In this document: positions 49,995 through 64,000 of the stretch, piece after piece
Layout: each line of letters begins with the position of its first letter
Position numbering within the stretch: position 1 is the stretch's first letter
NCBI GenBank assembly: GCA_038087875.1
Contig: CM075992.1
Coordinates: 5,272,001-5,336,000, forward strand
DNA: 64,000 nt
Direction of reading: 5' to 3'
Source: Malacoraja senta
Taxonomy: Eukaryota
Made by a program: the position numbers and the translations under genes
The notes under the pieces: model-generated
Database searches by the model: none
What the model was told of the DNA's origin: nothing
The model's input: the letters and a program-made list of their open reading frames with translations, nothing else

Positions 49995-52269
49995 CCTCCC
50001 TTGACTTGGTTTTGGGGAGCAACGCCAAAAAGGAGAGCCCCTTTTAATTCAATGATTCATATGTGTCATGTCTTGCGATGCTTGCTGTGGATCGTTCCAT
50101 ATCAGAGGTTCATAGAAGGGTACAATTTACCAATAAACCATCATAAGACACTTCCAAAACACAAAGTACTGGAGTAACTCACTTTGAGTAACTCCAGCAC
50201 TTGGTGTTTTGCTCAAGATTTCAGCACCTGTAGTTCCTTGTGTCTCCATATTGTCCTTGCACTTCACAGTCTGTCACAGTAACCAATTTCCCTCCTGGGA
50301 AAAATAAAGCTATCGTATGGTAAAATGTCAATAGGTAGCTCAGACCAGGTAACTTAGTTGTGGAGAAATGTAATCCTCTTTATCCCATTTTCTTTGCAGG
50401 CGTCGGTCCGTCCAACCCGAATATTGCTGTCTGAGTCTCTTTGCTCTCTGCGTCAATACATGATTCACATTTACCTTCTGCCATTTGTCTTCCTGATGTT
50501 TGCAACATCTGGCTGTGTGAAGACCTGGCTGTGTGAAGACCTCCCTGATTTGCAGAAGTACTTTTTCAGGATACTAATGTTAGGAGAAGCAATAAATAAA
50601 TAGTTAGTGCTATGCGGTACAAAGCACATCAGAACCATTATATCCTGGCATTATGTTAAACAAAGATATTAAATGATAAGCGACTGAGCCAGATGAATGG
50701 AATTGGGTTAAATATCAAACACAATTTAATTGATTCTGAAATGTATGAAGCCATATGGTGTCTTGTTTATTTAGTATATTGTCTTGTGGTTATTTCTCAT
50801 TTTGTATCTGTGGTCTATTCCATAATTACTAGTCTTGTTATGATTCGGAATGAGGCCGTTCAGCCAATCAGGTACATGCTAGCTCACAGCTGATCAATTC
50901 CAGATGAATAAGGCCATTCCCCACCTTTTTTTTCTGTGGTCCAGAAAACTATTCTCTCACACACACCTATCAATTCTCCTTTGATTCTCTTTCCAGGGTA
51001 AACTAAGGGTGGGTTACAAGAGCCAATACATTTACCAGACACATAGTGCTGGAGTAACTCAGCATCTCTGGAGAACATAGATAGGTTAAAGTTTTGGATC
51101 AGGATCTTTCTTCAGATTGAAGAAGAGTCTCAACTGTCTCAATAGAAACTAATTACTAGTCAGAGGGTGGTGAATCTGTGCAATTAATTGCCACAGAAGG
51201 CTGCGGAGGTCGTCAATGGATATTTCTAAGGTGAAGATTGATAGATTCTTGATTAGTAAGGGTGTCGGGTTATGCGGAGAAGGCATGAGAATTGGGTTGA
51301 GAAGGAAAGATAGATCAGCCCTGATTGAATGATGGAGTAGACTTGATGGGCCAAATGGCCTAATTCTGCTCCGATAACTTATGAACCTATAGGGTCATAG
51401 TGATACAGTGTGGAAACAAGCCCTTCGGCCCAACTTGCCCACAGCGGCCAACATGTCCCAGCTACAGGTAGACAAAAATGCTGGAGAAACTCAGCGGGTG
51501 AGGCAGCATCTATGGAGCTAAGGAAATAGGCAACATTTCGGGCCCAAACCCTTCTTCAGACTACACTAGTCCCACCTGCCCGTTGAGTTACTCCAGCGCT
51601 TTGTGACCTTTTGTGTATGTTTGGCATGTGGGAGGAAACTAAGCATCCTGTGGAAACCATCTTGCTCATGGGAAGAATATGCAAATTCTACATAGAGAGT
51701 ACCTGAGCTTCGGATAAAGTCTGATTTTGGACCTACGAGGCTGTGGCACGAACATCCCCACCACCATGAGGTTTAGCCCTTTACTGAAACATGGGGATCC
51801 CAATAGATGAGTCATTTCCTGGCTCCGGAATAGACAGCCCATATGGATCCATGCAGGTTTTGTCAATTAACACACAATTAAGCTATTGCATTTAATATCA
51901 TCACGCTTTTGTAAATGGGGTGGGGTATGAACATATAAAATCTATCGGCATTCCCATTCCCGATTGTCATTGGCAACGACTGTCTGGCACCTGCTGCCTC
52001 CAGGAATACAAACCTCACTCTGGCAACTTATCCGCAAAATCCTCATTGGCACCTAGGGAGTATTGCTGTTTAACTGGGCACCTACATTTCCTCTTAACTA
52101 GAGTTAAAAGATCCCATGGTACTATTTCGGAAAAGTTCTCAGTGAAGTGCTGTACAATATTAAACTGCCAACATTCACATGTGACTTAATGCTGCATGTG
52201 TAAGCACCAGATGTATTCCACTGACTGTAAGATGCACCCTCTTAGAGAAAGCAGCAAGTCATTTAGAAT

Positions 52270-52870
52270 GGCATGGTGGTGCAGCGGTAGAGTTGCTGCC
52301 TTAAAGGCCTGTCCCACGATGCGAGTTCACCCAAGAGCTCTCCCGAGTTTAAAAATAAATAAAACTCATCACGAATATTTTTTTACTCTCGGAAATTTTT
52401 CACACTGTTGAAAAAACATCACGAGTTTCCGCGTTTCCCGAGTGCCTGCCGTCAGCATTACGAGCCGCTACGAGACATCCACGAGCTCCGACGTACCCCC
52501 TATGTAAATTCTACCTACTTACCACGAGTTTGACTTTTTTAAAACTCGGGAGAGCTCTTGGGTGAACTCGCATCGTGGGACAGGCCCTTTACAGCATCAG
52601 AGACCCGGGTTCAATCCTGACTACGGGTGCTGTCTGGACCGAGTTTGTATGTTCTCCCCGTGACCTGCGTGGGTTTTCTCTGGGTGCACCGGTTTCCTCC
52701 CACACTCCAAAGACTTATAGGTTTGTAGGCTAATTGGGTTCGGTAAAATTGTAAATTGTCCCTCGTATGTGTAGGATAGTGTAAGTGTGTGGGGATCGCT
52801 GGTCGGCGCAGACTCAATGGGCCGAAGGGCCTGTTTTCTCGCTGCATCGCTAAACTGAACTAAAACTAAA
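52270..52870 (+). mobile_element. HE1-type SINE split by a Harbinger MITE
   Basis: gcagcggtagagttgctgccTTA [MITE] TTAcagcatcagagacccgggttcaatcc. Confidence 0.9.
52304..52588. mobile_element. PIF/Harbinger-type MITE, 285 bp
   Basis: Near-perfect ~47-bp TIRs, TTA TSD 52301-52303 and 52589-52591. Confidence 0.9.
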
Positions 52871-54819
52871 TGGAAATGAGATAATATCTCTTAATACAAG
52901 AGGGCGGTGAATGTTAGGAGTTATGGAACAGTACAGCATAGGAACAGGCCCTTCAGCCCACAATGTTGCGCCGAACATCATGTTAGTTAAAACAAATCTC
53001 CTCTGCCTGCACGTGATCCATACCCCCTCATATTCATGTGCCTATCCAAATTATTTTAAGCACCACTATCGTATCTGGCTCCACCACCACCCCTGGCAAC
53101 GTGTTCCAGGTGCCCATAACTCTCTACGTAAAGAACATGCCCTGCACATTAAACCTATTAAATCTTTCCCCTCTCACCTTAAAGCTATGGCCTCATGCCT
53201 GGATACATGAAAGGCACGATATAAAAGCAGATACGAGAGACTGCAGATAGACACAAACTGCTGGAGTAACTCAGCGGGACAGGCAGCATCCTTGGCGTAA
53301 TCCAGCATCTGCAGTTCCTTCCTACACATTTCGAAAGAACAAAGTGCTGGAGGAACTCAGCGGGTCAGGCAGCATCCGTGGAGGGAAATTGACAAGACGA
53401 CGTTTCGGGTTGGGGCCATTCTTTGGGTGGTAGAGGGAGATCAAGAAAGCGACTGTCGACAACTGAATGAATGCTGGAAAGTTTATGCATTGTAGGGATC
53501 AGCGCTCTGCACACATTGGGAATTGAGAGCACTGCAAATCTGTGAAGGCACCTTTGGTTAAAACCTATCTCTCTGGCGTGGGTTAGTGGATGCATTTCCC
53601 GGGACCCCCCCCCCCCCCCCCCCAGACCAATCCCTGCGCATTCCACAGCTCCCCACTTGGATAAAGGGAAAAAGGTCCACTGGGGCACCATCTCCATTAA
53701 GAGGTTTCTGCGGTATCTTAGCAACCTTATTGTTGACCTATGCATTAGTAACGCACTGAGAATGCAGCTAAAATAAGGGAGACGTAGAATGCCCCATCGG
53801 AGTGAAGGCCCTCATTGTTTCACCATCCCCCCTATACATGGGTATGGAGATGGGGCGGGGGGTTGGGGGGGGAGGGCATTCACACTGTGCAAACATTTCA
53901 AGCACAAGTTATCTAAGCATGTAGCAATGCGACAATCATGGTTACAGCACAAACAGGACAGAGATATAAATGGATCATCTTTTTGTGGTGCTGTATCAAA
54001 ACAAAATCCAGCCTCACCTTTAGTCCTCCTACCTACCCTTCCGTGAATGACAGTAATGCAGGTCTCTATAAGACAGACCAGCAAATGAAAGTGCTAGTGG
54101 GCTATACCACAGGGATCAAGAGAATAAATAAATAATGAGTGATGGCCAATTTGTTTTTCTAGCATTAGTTTAGAGATAGAATTTTACAGGCCCTTCGGCC
54201 CACTCAGTCCATGCCAACCATCCTTCACCCACTCACATGAGTTCTACAGTAGGTTATCCCGCTTTCTCATCCACTCCCTGCACATTGGGAGCAATTTTTA
54301 GAGGCTGATTGGCGTACAAACCTACATGTCTTTGAGATGTGGGAGGAAACCGAAGCACCTGGAGGGAAGCCCACGGAGTCAGAGGGAGAAAGTGCAAACT
54401 CCACACAGACAGGACCCGGGGTCAGATTCGAGCTGCTCTGGTGCTGTGTGAAGCAGCAATTGTTTGTCCTTACCGTCAGATTTCCTCTAGATACAGTGAG
54501 AACCTGGGAAGATCCTTTCAGCTCTCCTCACTTGTGGCTCTCTGTATAATATATCACCTTCACTCATCCACAGAAGTACTCATCACTCCACATCCAACAC
54601 TTGTTTGCAAAAACTACATACAGTAGAGTCAAGAGTCAAGATGATAGTGGAGTCTGTGGGCCAAAGGGGCTGTTTCTGCACTGTATGTCTAAAGTCTAAA
54701 GTCTACAATGAGGTACAAGTGAAAAGAAAATCTTGCTTGCAGCAACGTCACAGGCACATGGACTCAGACAAATGCACAAAAACACAAATTATACATAAAT
54801 TATACATAAATTTGACAGT

Positions 54820-55695
54820 CACGGTGGCGCAGCGGTAGAGTTGCTGCCTTACAGTGAATGCAGAGCCGGATACCCAGGTTCGATCCCGAATATGGGTGCT
54901 GTCTGTAAGGAGTTTGTACGTTCTCCCCGTGACCTGCGTGAGTTTTCTCCGTGATCTTCAGTTTCCTCCCACATTGCGTACAGTTTTGGTCTCCAAATCT
55001 GAGGAAGGACATTATTGCCATAGAGGGAGTGCAGAGAAGGTTCACCAGACTGATTCCTGGGATGTCAGGACTGTCTAATGAAGAAAGACTGGATAGACTT
55101 GATTTATACTCTCTAGAATTTAGGAGATTGAGAGGGGATCTTATAGAAACTTACAAAATTCTTAAGGGGTTGGACAGGCTAGATGCAGGAAGATTGCTCC
55201 CGATGTTGGGGAAGTCCAGGACAAGGGGTCACAGCTTAAGGATAAGGGGGAAATCCTTTAAAACCGAGATAAGAACTTTTTTCACACAGAGAGTGGTGAA
55301 TCTCTGGAACGCTCTGCCACAGAGGGTAGTCGAGGCCAGTTCATTGGCTATATTTAAGAGGGAGTTAGATGTGGCCCTTGTGGCTAAAGGGATCAGAGGG
55401 TATGGAGAGAAGGCAGGTACGAGCTACTGAGTTGGATGATCAGCCATGATCATATTGAATGGCGGTGCAGGCTCGAAGGGCCGAATGGCCTACTCCCCTG
55501 CACCTAATTTCTATGTTTCTATGTTTCTATTCCAAAGACGTACAGGGTTGTAGGTTAATTGGCTTGATAAATGTAAAAATTGTCCCTAGTGGGTGTAGGA
55601 TAGTGTTAATGTGCGGGGATCGTAGGTCGGCGCGGACCCGGTGGGCTGAAGAGCTGTTTCCGTGCTGTATCTCTAAACTAAATTCCTCAAAATAA
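54820..55695 (+). mobile_element. HE1 SINE split by a CR1 fragment (54973-55530)
   Basis: SINE ...ttcctcccaca | CR1 (CVQFWSPNLRKD...tail) | tccaaagacgtac... Confidence 0.9.
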
Positions 55696-57124
55696 AAATG
55701 TATGTAAAACAAGTCATTAATCTCTCTTTTTTGTTCTATATAAGAGTCTATGATGTGAAAATGTAACTGTTTTTTTCTCCACTGATGTTGCCTGTCTTGT
55801 TGAATGTTTCCAATAATTCCAATCTAATCTACACTGTCAGATTTCTGATCCAGTGGCCATTTTGAGGTGCATGTCTCATGTGAATAAGGTTTGACCTGCC
55901 ATAGACATCCTTCAGGCTAGAGATTTAAATCCAGCACACAGAGAGTGTTTACATCTCAACCAGACTGGCGCGGAACTAACCCCCCATTCCAAGAAACAAA
56001 AGGCCATCTTAGGAAGACACCGTATAAAGCAGTCTAAATTGTTTTCCTTCTTGTGTTAGAGCTCCATAAAACGTGTGAATAACTTGCCAAAGAAATTTCA
56101 CCGGTTTTGGGATTTCTATAAACTGCAGTCAGAAAAAATTTACACAGCTCTTTCATTCATTCCAAACACAAACAGAAACAGCTGAACAAAAGCAGACCTT
56201 GCAGAGAACGAATGTCGTGCTGTGCTCCACCCCAACAAGAAGCAGATTTTGCTTTCAAAAACGCTCATGTAATGTAAGCAGAGGATTGGAGAATATTTGA
56301 GGCAGCAATCTGAAGTTCACTGCATGGAGAATTTATGGGACATGGCTTCAGGCACCGGGATTAAATGCTTGGATTAAGTACATTTGATGTGGAGTAGGCT
56401 GTAATGTATCCACTAAATTCTCTTGAGTAAGTGAGATGTGGAGTTTTTTTTCTCATTCACAACCTTTGATATTTAGGCAACCGTACAAAATATTTTGCTG
56501 AGCTTTGTTAAGATTTAATCCTTGCCTGTTTTAAATTTCCTGATTAATTGGCTATGAGAATGGGGTGTGGGTGGGTGCGGAGTTGCATAACCCATCTCAA
56601 TGATTAGTGGTGTTGTTCCAAGTGTTGGGAGAAAAGTAATTGGAAAGGAGTCAGATTAACGGCACAACTTTGTCATGTTTCTTGATATGATGGACATAAA
56701 ATGCTGGAGTAACTCAGCAGGTCAGGCAGAGTCTGATGAAGGGTCTCGACCCGAATCCTTTTCTCCAGAGATGCTGCCTGACCCGCTGAGTTACTCCAGT
56801 TACTCCAGCATTTTGTGTCTATCTTTGGTGTAAACCAGCATCTGCAGTTCCTTCTTACACATTTTTTGATATGATAATCGGTCATCACCGTTCTAGACAC
56901 AGGAGTACAAGTGAAGGAAAATTGGTGCCTTCAAGATTGCGAAAGGACGTCATGGGATGACATAAAACTGGAGGTAGGGAGAGAAGGAAGAGAGTTGGTA
57001 ACTGTTTTGGCTGACCCAACTGCATCTAAATTCATTTAGTAGAAGAGAATTTCCTGATTAGTGTGACTTGACCTGGAAGGGGTCTCAAAATGCAATTTAC
57101 TTAAGTTGATTTTCAATCACACAG

Positions 57125-57460
57125 TGCTGGTACTCATCTTCTCCCTACTACCTTCAGGTAGAAGGTACAGGAGCCAGAAGACTGCAACGACCAGGTTCAG
57201 GAATAGCTACTTCCCCACAGCCATCAGGCTATTAAACTTGGCTCGGACAAAACTCTGAACTTTAATAGCCCATTAACTGTTATTTGCACTTTATCAGTTT
57301 ATTTATTCATGTGTGTATATATTTATAGAATGGTATATGGACACACTGATCTGTTTTGTAGTCAATGCCTACTATGTTCTGTTGTGCTGAAGCAAAGCAA
57401 GAATTTCATTGTCCTATCAGGGACACATGACAATAAACTCACTTGACTTGACTTGACTTG
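57125..57460 (+). mobile_element. Rex1/Babar 3' fragment
   Basis: LPSGRRYRSQKTATTRFRNSYFPTAIRLLN, (CTTGA)n tail. Confidence 0.85.
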
Positions 57461-57822
57461 GTAAAGGCAATCCAATCTCAAAACATCTGTGACCCACATT
57501 TAAGCCTTGTTCATTCTTCTTTTCTCAAACGGCACACAACGTGCAGTGGTTCCCAAAGTCGAAAGATTTATTTCTGAATTCCACATTAAAATCCAATCAT
57601 CTCCCATCTGCCTACAAAGATGGCGGTCTCAAAGTTATAAAAGGCCTGAGAGAACATGTAAAAATGGTACTGGTCTTTTTTGAATTAAATTGCAAGCATG
57701 AAAACAGGCCCTTCAGTTCATCGTGTCCACACTGACCATCGATCATTCCTTTGCACTAGTACTATGTTATCCCACTTTTGCATCCGCTCCCTACACACTT
57801 TGTGCAATTTACAGAGGCCGAT

Positions 57823-58151
57823 TTAATAATAATAATAATAATACATTTTATTTATGGGCGCCTTATACCAAAGTCTCAAGGATACCTTACAGAGTTTAAC
57901 AAGTAAGAAACATATAATCGGAGTAAAATAAATTATAAAGACATCACCAATACACAAATTAAAGACAGAATTCGATCCAAAGACACAAAAAAAAAAAAAA
58001 TCAGAAACACAATGTGAAGAGAGAGCAACGGCAGCTAAACCGCGCCAGCGTCCACTCTCCCTTCCGACCGCCATCTTGGACACAGAATAAAATAGACACT
58101 ACATACAAAAATCATCCCCCCACAATGGTTACCACTGTGGGGGAAGGCACA
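57823..58151 (-). mobile_element. Non-autonomous element with L2-like tail, nested in an old SINE
   Basis: Minus strand: hairpin, CAAGATGGCGG motif, L2-type stem-loop, aataaa plus (ATT)n. Confidence 0.55.
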
Positions 58152-58619
58152 ATTTACCTACAAACCCGCATGTCTCTGGGTTGTGGGAGGAATCCGGTGA
58201 ACTTGGAGGAAACCCACGTGGTCACAAGGAGAATGTGCAAACTCCACACAGGCAGCTCCAGTGATCCTGATTGCCGGTGCTGGATGCATGGAGCATGCCA
58301 CATTCCCTTCCCACCAAGTCCATTCACTCATCACACCTGAGCTCATCATGTCCATTTGAAACTCTCAATACCATGACTCACCCTCCCCATCTCTGAATCT
58401 CCTCCAGCTCCCAAAGCTATTTGCATCCCTTCTATACAGGTTCTATCATTTCCAGTTTTGGCTGCTTCACCTTCACAAGCTCACAAGTTATAGGATTAGA
58501 ATTAGGGCATTAGGCCCATCGAGTCCACTCCGTCATTCAATCATGGCTGATCTCTGCCTCCTCATCCCATTTTCCTGCCTTCTCCCCGTAACCCTTGACA
58601 CCCGTTCTAATCAACAATT

Positions 58620-59270
58620 TGTTAGCTTTCATAGCAAAAGGATTTGAGTATAGGAGCAGGGAGGTTCTGCTGCAGTTGTACAGGGTCTTGGTGAGACCAC
58701 ACCTGGAGTATTGCGTACAGTTTTGGTCTCCAAATCTGAGGAAGGACATTATAGCCATAGAGGGAGTGCAGAGAAGGTTCACCAGACTGATTCCTGGGAT
58801 GTCAGGACTTTCATATGAAGAAAGACTGGATAGACTTGGCTTATACTCGCTAGAATTTAGGAGATTGAGAGGGGATCTTATAGAAACGTACAAAATTCTT
58901 ATGGGGTTGGACAGGCTAGATGCAAGAAGATTGTTCCCGATGTTGGGGAAGTCCAGGACAAGGGGTCACAGCTTAAGGATAAGGGGGAAATCCTTTAAGA
59001 CCGAGATGAGGAAAAACTTTTTCATACAGAGTGGTGAATCTCTGGAACTCTCTGCCACAGAGGGTAGTTGAGGCCAGTTCATTGGCTATATTTAAGAGGG
59101 AGTTAGATGTGGCCCTTGTGGCTAAGGGGATCAGGGGGTATGGAGAGAAGGCAGGTACGGGATACTGAGTTGGATGATCAGCCATGATCATATTGAATGG
59201 CGGTGCAGGCTCGAAGGGCCGAATGGCCTACTCCTGCACCTATTTTCTATGTATCTATGTATCTATGTCT
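58620..59270 (+). mobile_element. CR1 LINE, 5'-truncated
   Basis: LAFIAKGFEYRSREVLLQLYRVLVRPHLEYCVQFWSP. Near-identical to the 12.4-13.1 kb and 55 kb copies. Confidence 0.95.
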
Positions 59271-61631
59271 ATCTGTGCCTTGATAGTTGCTGACATGCTA
59301 TGTTCTGTGAAACCATTCCTAATCCTCTCAGCCTCTCTACTTATCTTTCCTCTTTTAAAACATATCGCATCGATTAAGCTTATAGACATCTCTCCAACAC
59401 TAAGCAGCATAACACTGTGGATGACTTGATTGATACTGAGGATCCGCCTATTCAAGAAGTGCTGCAAGTCCACTCTATCATTCATCCCCAAGTTAGTGTC
59501 AATGTCCGTGTTCAGCTGATTTGCGAGCGGGGTCATTTGGTTGCTGATGGGCTGGTTGGCTGCCGTGGGCTGGCGGTTCCCAGCCAGGACGATGGATGCT
59601 GTCGTCTCCTCTGGGTTGCCTCTGCTTTGCCGGTCAGGGAAGGCATGGCTCAGTTGTGTTGTCAACTGGTGCAGCTTGTGGCTCATTGTATTGTCTTTCC
59701 GCCGACTGGTTAGCACACATCAAAAGCTTTTCACTGTACCTCGGTGCACGTGACAATAAACTCAACTAACAGCAGCATAGGAAGGGATTAGTCACAAATT
59801 CACATTTAAATTCAAGTAGCTTAATAAATCTGGAAGAAAAAGCTAAGATCATCAATGGTAACTTGAATCTGCGGCATTGTCATTAAATCCAGTTGGTTCA
59901 CTGATATCCTAGACTTAGAGGGAGGGAAATTGGCCATTCTTACTCATTTGGTTTATGTGTATCTCCAAACCCATTGTGCTTAATCTCGACCCGAAACGTC
60001 ATCCTTTTCTCCAGAGATGCTGTCTGACCCGCTGAGTTACTCCAGCTTTTTGTGTATATCCATTGTCCTTTGGGATGAGTTTTAACTGCCCTCTGAAATG
60101 GCTTGAGGGCATCTTTGGATGTAAGCATTCCCTGTGATATTCACAATGGTTAATAAGTAAACAGGCATCTCCTGTCGTGGCTCAGTGACAAATTGTATTT
60201 GCTAAAACTCCAGTGAAATGCCGAGCGACATTTTACGATCACTGCAAGGAATTAAATTATGCCCCGGAGCTCATAGCTGTTGCATATTTTTTAACTTGAA
60301 TAAACTGTTCTTGCCAAATGGAAGGCCTTGGAGAATATAAAGCTGGGATGAAAGATTCCTCTCCCACACTGAGTAAACACAATCCAATAATGAAACTCCA
60401 GATTGGATGGAAAGGCAGGAAATTCATTCCCATTGCTTTCTATCTTAGTGCTTGAGGCTGTTACGGAACCCCAGGGAAATGGTCAAGAGAAGTGAGAGCC
60501 ACAATGTATCTCTTCAAGAAGGAACACGACCAAATAACCATCCAACAACTTGGACTTATATGGTGCCTTAAAGTTTCCACAGCTGCTTTATAGGAGCGTT
60601 ATCAAAATCTGACAGCAACTCACTGGAGGAGATATTAGGATGGAGGATGGTATGTCTGAAAGAACCCTTTAATGGAAGAAATAGAGACATGGAGATGCAG
60701 TGAAGTTTTGGAGAGAGAGTTCTGGACCTTGGGTACAGATAATGGTGCGATTAAAATCAGGGATGAGCAATGTGATGTATTTGTAATGTACTATCATTGA
60801 ATGTATCAGAATGGAATTTGTGATGTATATGTAATGTAATATGTAATGTAAATGCCAGTGCCCCTTGAGGCCAAAAGCAGAAGCTGGCAAATGTACCTGT
60901 GCCGCGTGACTGAGGTCAAGTCAAGTCAAGTGAGTTTATTGTCATGTGTAAAATAGGACCCTGTGGTCTACAGTGCTCCAAAGGGACACATAATGAGACA
61001 AAAATTGATGGCAGCGTGGCTTCTAGTGCATAATCGAATGTGGCAAGACTACACACTGAGGGAAGCAATGAAGCTTAGTGGCTGTGGAAGTGTGATGAGG
61101 GCTTAATGGGGAAAGCACATTGTTTCAGGTCGTGCTGCTACAAGACCCTGAGGTCTCTGTGTGAGAACCTCTCGAACTTAGTGCCGCTGAAACATCTGGA
61201 AGTGAAAAATTGATGCCATATTAATTTGATATAAATATTGGAGGCAAACATAAAGTAGTGCTGGGTCCAGTTAATGACAATTGCAAATTTTATGAAGAAA
61301 GCATATTTTTGGAGAGAAAAAAAAATTGGACTGATTAGCCAACTTTAAATTAAACAGTCTGAAGAAGGGACCATTATGGCAACGACAACTTGGAGACACA
61401 AGAATCTGAAGAAGGATCCCAACCCGAAACGTTGTCTGTCTATTCCCTCCACAGATGCTGCCTGACCTGCTGAGTTACTCCAGCAATTTGTGTCCTTTAA
61501 TGAAACAATTATTATCTACATCTCACATGTAGAAGAACCATCTCGATGACGATTGCTCACTTGTCTGCTCTATTCGTTCATCCGGTGGTAAATGTGCTTT
61601 TAATTGGATGGACACAGCAGCAACAGCTAAT

Positions 61632-62068
61632 CTCAAGATTCAAGATTCAAGAGAGTTTATTGTCATGTGTCCCTGATAGGACAATGAAATTCTTGCTTTG
61701 CTTCAGCACACAGAACATAGTAGGCATTTACTACAAAACAGATCAGTGTGACCATATACCATAATATAAATATATACACACATGAATAAACTGATAAAGT
61801 GCAGATAACAGATAATGGGTTATTAATAATCAGAGTTTTGTCCGAGCCAGGTTTAATAGCCTGATGGCTGTGGGGAAGTAGCTATTCCTGAACCTGGTTG
61901 TTGCAGTCTTCAGGCTCCTGTGCCTTCTACCTGAAGGTAGCAGGGAGATGAGTGTGTGGCCAGGATGGTGTGGGTCTTTGATGATACTGCCAGCCTTTTT
62001 GAGGCAGCGACTGCGATAAATCCCCTCGATGGAAGGAAGGTCAGAGCCGATGATGGACTGAGCAGTGG
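61632..62068 (-). mobile_element. Rex1/Babar 3' fragment
   Basis: Same family as 8629-9068 and 57125-57460. Confidence 0.85.
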
Positions 62069-63323
62069 CCTTCTGGCAGTTTCAGTGATTGCAGATTAAA
62101 CTTTTGCTACAAGATGTTGGACGTGTATTCATTGTGCTAGTCACAACAAGGTCTTAAGGAAGACATTACAAGCAAGAAGCCAGAATGGGTGAAGCATAGT
62201 ACTTTTGACGAATGTTGCAGATACATCAAGGGGGCAGGAGATAATGGGAAGGATTTGTTGCCTGGGAACTCAACCAGGAAATGTATCTACAGTTACCGTG
62301 CTGCCAAGGAAGGTGGAAGGATAGTCACTGGTTAATAAAATGTATGAACATACAGCAATAATTCCATTGAAATTTGAAAATATTACACCATGGTTATGTG
62401 ATCATAGAAAACAGAAAATAGGTGCAGGAGGAGGCCATTCGGCCCTTTCAAGCCAGCACTGCATCATTAAGAATGTCCATCCCTGTCCACATACCTCCCT
62501 TGGGAAGGCATTGAACATCCGAGTGAATGATGAGTCTTGAAAGCCCAGATGTAGTTTGCCAAGTGGTTTTACACATCAAATTCTGGGGAGGGCCGCTACC
62601 TGGTACAGGTCTGCCCCCCAAGCAGGTTTCAAGGAGCGACCAGATGGTGATCAGAATCTAAAGGTGCTTAAAACCAATTGTGAAGATGAAAAAGAATGTG
62701 CTGGTTTGATTTGTATTCATTGATAGGTTGATACCATCACACGTTTATTGTCCTTTCACCCAGCTGGTTTGTCAGACCAGTACTTTGCTGTAGTCCAGGT
62801 GAATGAGCAAAATTGAATTTAAATATGAACTCCGTTCTCTGTATTTATTAGGCCTCTCTGGATTATTAATCCAGTTATTTGAACCACTGAAGATAAACAC
62901 ATAATGCAGGAGTAACTCAGGCCAGCATTTCTGGAGAAAACAAATAGGTAACGTTCTGGGTCGGGTTGAAGAAGGGTCTCATCCCAAAATGTCACCTATT
63001 CCTTCTCTCCAGAGATGCTGCCTGTCCCGCTGAGTTACTCCAGCATTTTGTGTCTACCTTTGGTGTAAACCAGCATCTGCAGTTCCTCCCTCCACATTTG
63101 AACCACTATGTGATTATACCTTAAAACTGTTTAAGAAACAATTGTTTCAGTCTGAAGAAGGGTCTTGACCCGAAAAGTCACCCATTCCTACGCTCAATAG
63201 ATGCTGCCTCACCTGCTGCGTTTCTCCAGCATTTTTGTCTACCTTCATACTTTAAAATTGGGTCAGGTAGGACTTCAGCCCAAGGACAGGCCTTGGATAT
63301 AAGACTCAAGATAAGAATATATG

Positions 63324-63628
63324 GTAGACAAAAGTGCTGGAGAAACTCAGCGGGTGCGGCAACATCTATGGGGCGAAGGAAATAGGCAACGTTTCGGGCC
63401 GAAACCCTTCTTCAGACTGATGTAGGATGGGGGGGGGGGGGAGAAGAAGAAATTTAGAGGAGGAGCCAGAGGGCTGAGGGAGAGCTGAGAAGGGGAGGAG
63501 ACAGTGAGGGCTACCTGAAATTGGAGAAGTCAATGTTCATGCCGCTGGGGTAAAAACTGCCGAAGCGAAATATGAGGTGCTGCTCCTCCAATTTCCGGTG
63601 GTCCTCACTCTGGCCATGGAGGAGGCCC
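63324..63628 (-). mobile_element. Penelope-like element with GIY-YIG C-terminus and hammerhead motif (63388-63415)
   Basis: GLLHGQSEDHRKLEEQHLIFRFGSFYPSGMNIDFSNFR*. 13-bp TSD ataagaatatatg at 63311-63323 and 63629-63641. Confidence 0.85.
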
Positions 63629-64000
63629 ATAAGAATATATGATGCGATTATATAATTGAACACAGCTTTGTTTGCAAATGACAGCAAGTTATTTTTATTA
63701 CAAATATTTGAAATATATGGAATATTTTACTGGCATCCTTACACCTCCGAGCAGTGTAACCCTGAAAGTAGTCAACCTGCATAACAATATCCTTTGTCAA
63801 ACCCGATAGCATCAGCAAACCTTGCCTACAATTGACAGTGTGGGAAAATTCCACCCAATTCCGGAGCAATTGCCACCCGCATCAAACAATTGTGTTTCTA
63901 GATTGTTCAAAGGAAAAGAAATGGGTGTTTCTTTTCGGGCAAAAAAACCCAGCATGCAAAGCCAACGTCCATTGAAGCAGTGACAGAACGAGGAAGTGTT

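Overview
Repeat-dense vertebrate DNA, almost certainly a cartilaginous fish and probably a skate or ray, inferred from HE1-type V-SINEs and HER1/CR1 LINEs. It has two 200-N assembly gaps. The only host gene I can support is the 5' end of a Notch receptor on the minus strand. Exon 1 CDS (49376-49316) encodes the signal peptide and exon 2 (32025-31944) the start of EGF repeat 1; spliced, they read MGDLKLWNLLWGVCLTALCE-ALQCQDNHRPCENSGQCIRSLHGDASC(L). The paralogue is most likely notch3, but notch2 is not excluded. Intron 1 is about 17.3 kb, and intron 2 appears to run off the left edge (over 31.9 kb). The rest is intronic or upstream DNA filled with CR1, L2, L1, Rex1/Babar, RTE and Penelope-like (PLE) fragments, SINEs and MITEs. 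Most notable: (1) three different Harbinger-type MITEs inserted at the identical TTA in the tRNA-derived head of three separate SINE copies, suggesting a SINE-targeting DNA transposon; (2) many minimal hammerhead-ribozyme motifs in PLE ends; (3) a 113-bp template-switch inverted duplication inside one MITE; (4) a P-element-like MITE with a perfect 8-bp TSD. Repeat family names come from motif recognition, not database searches, and many repeat boundaries are approximate.
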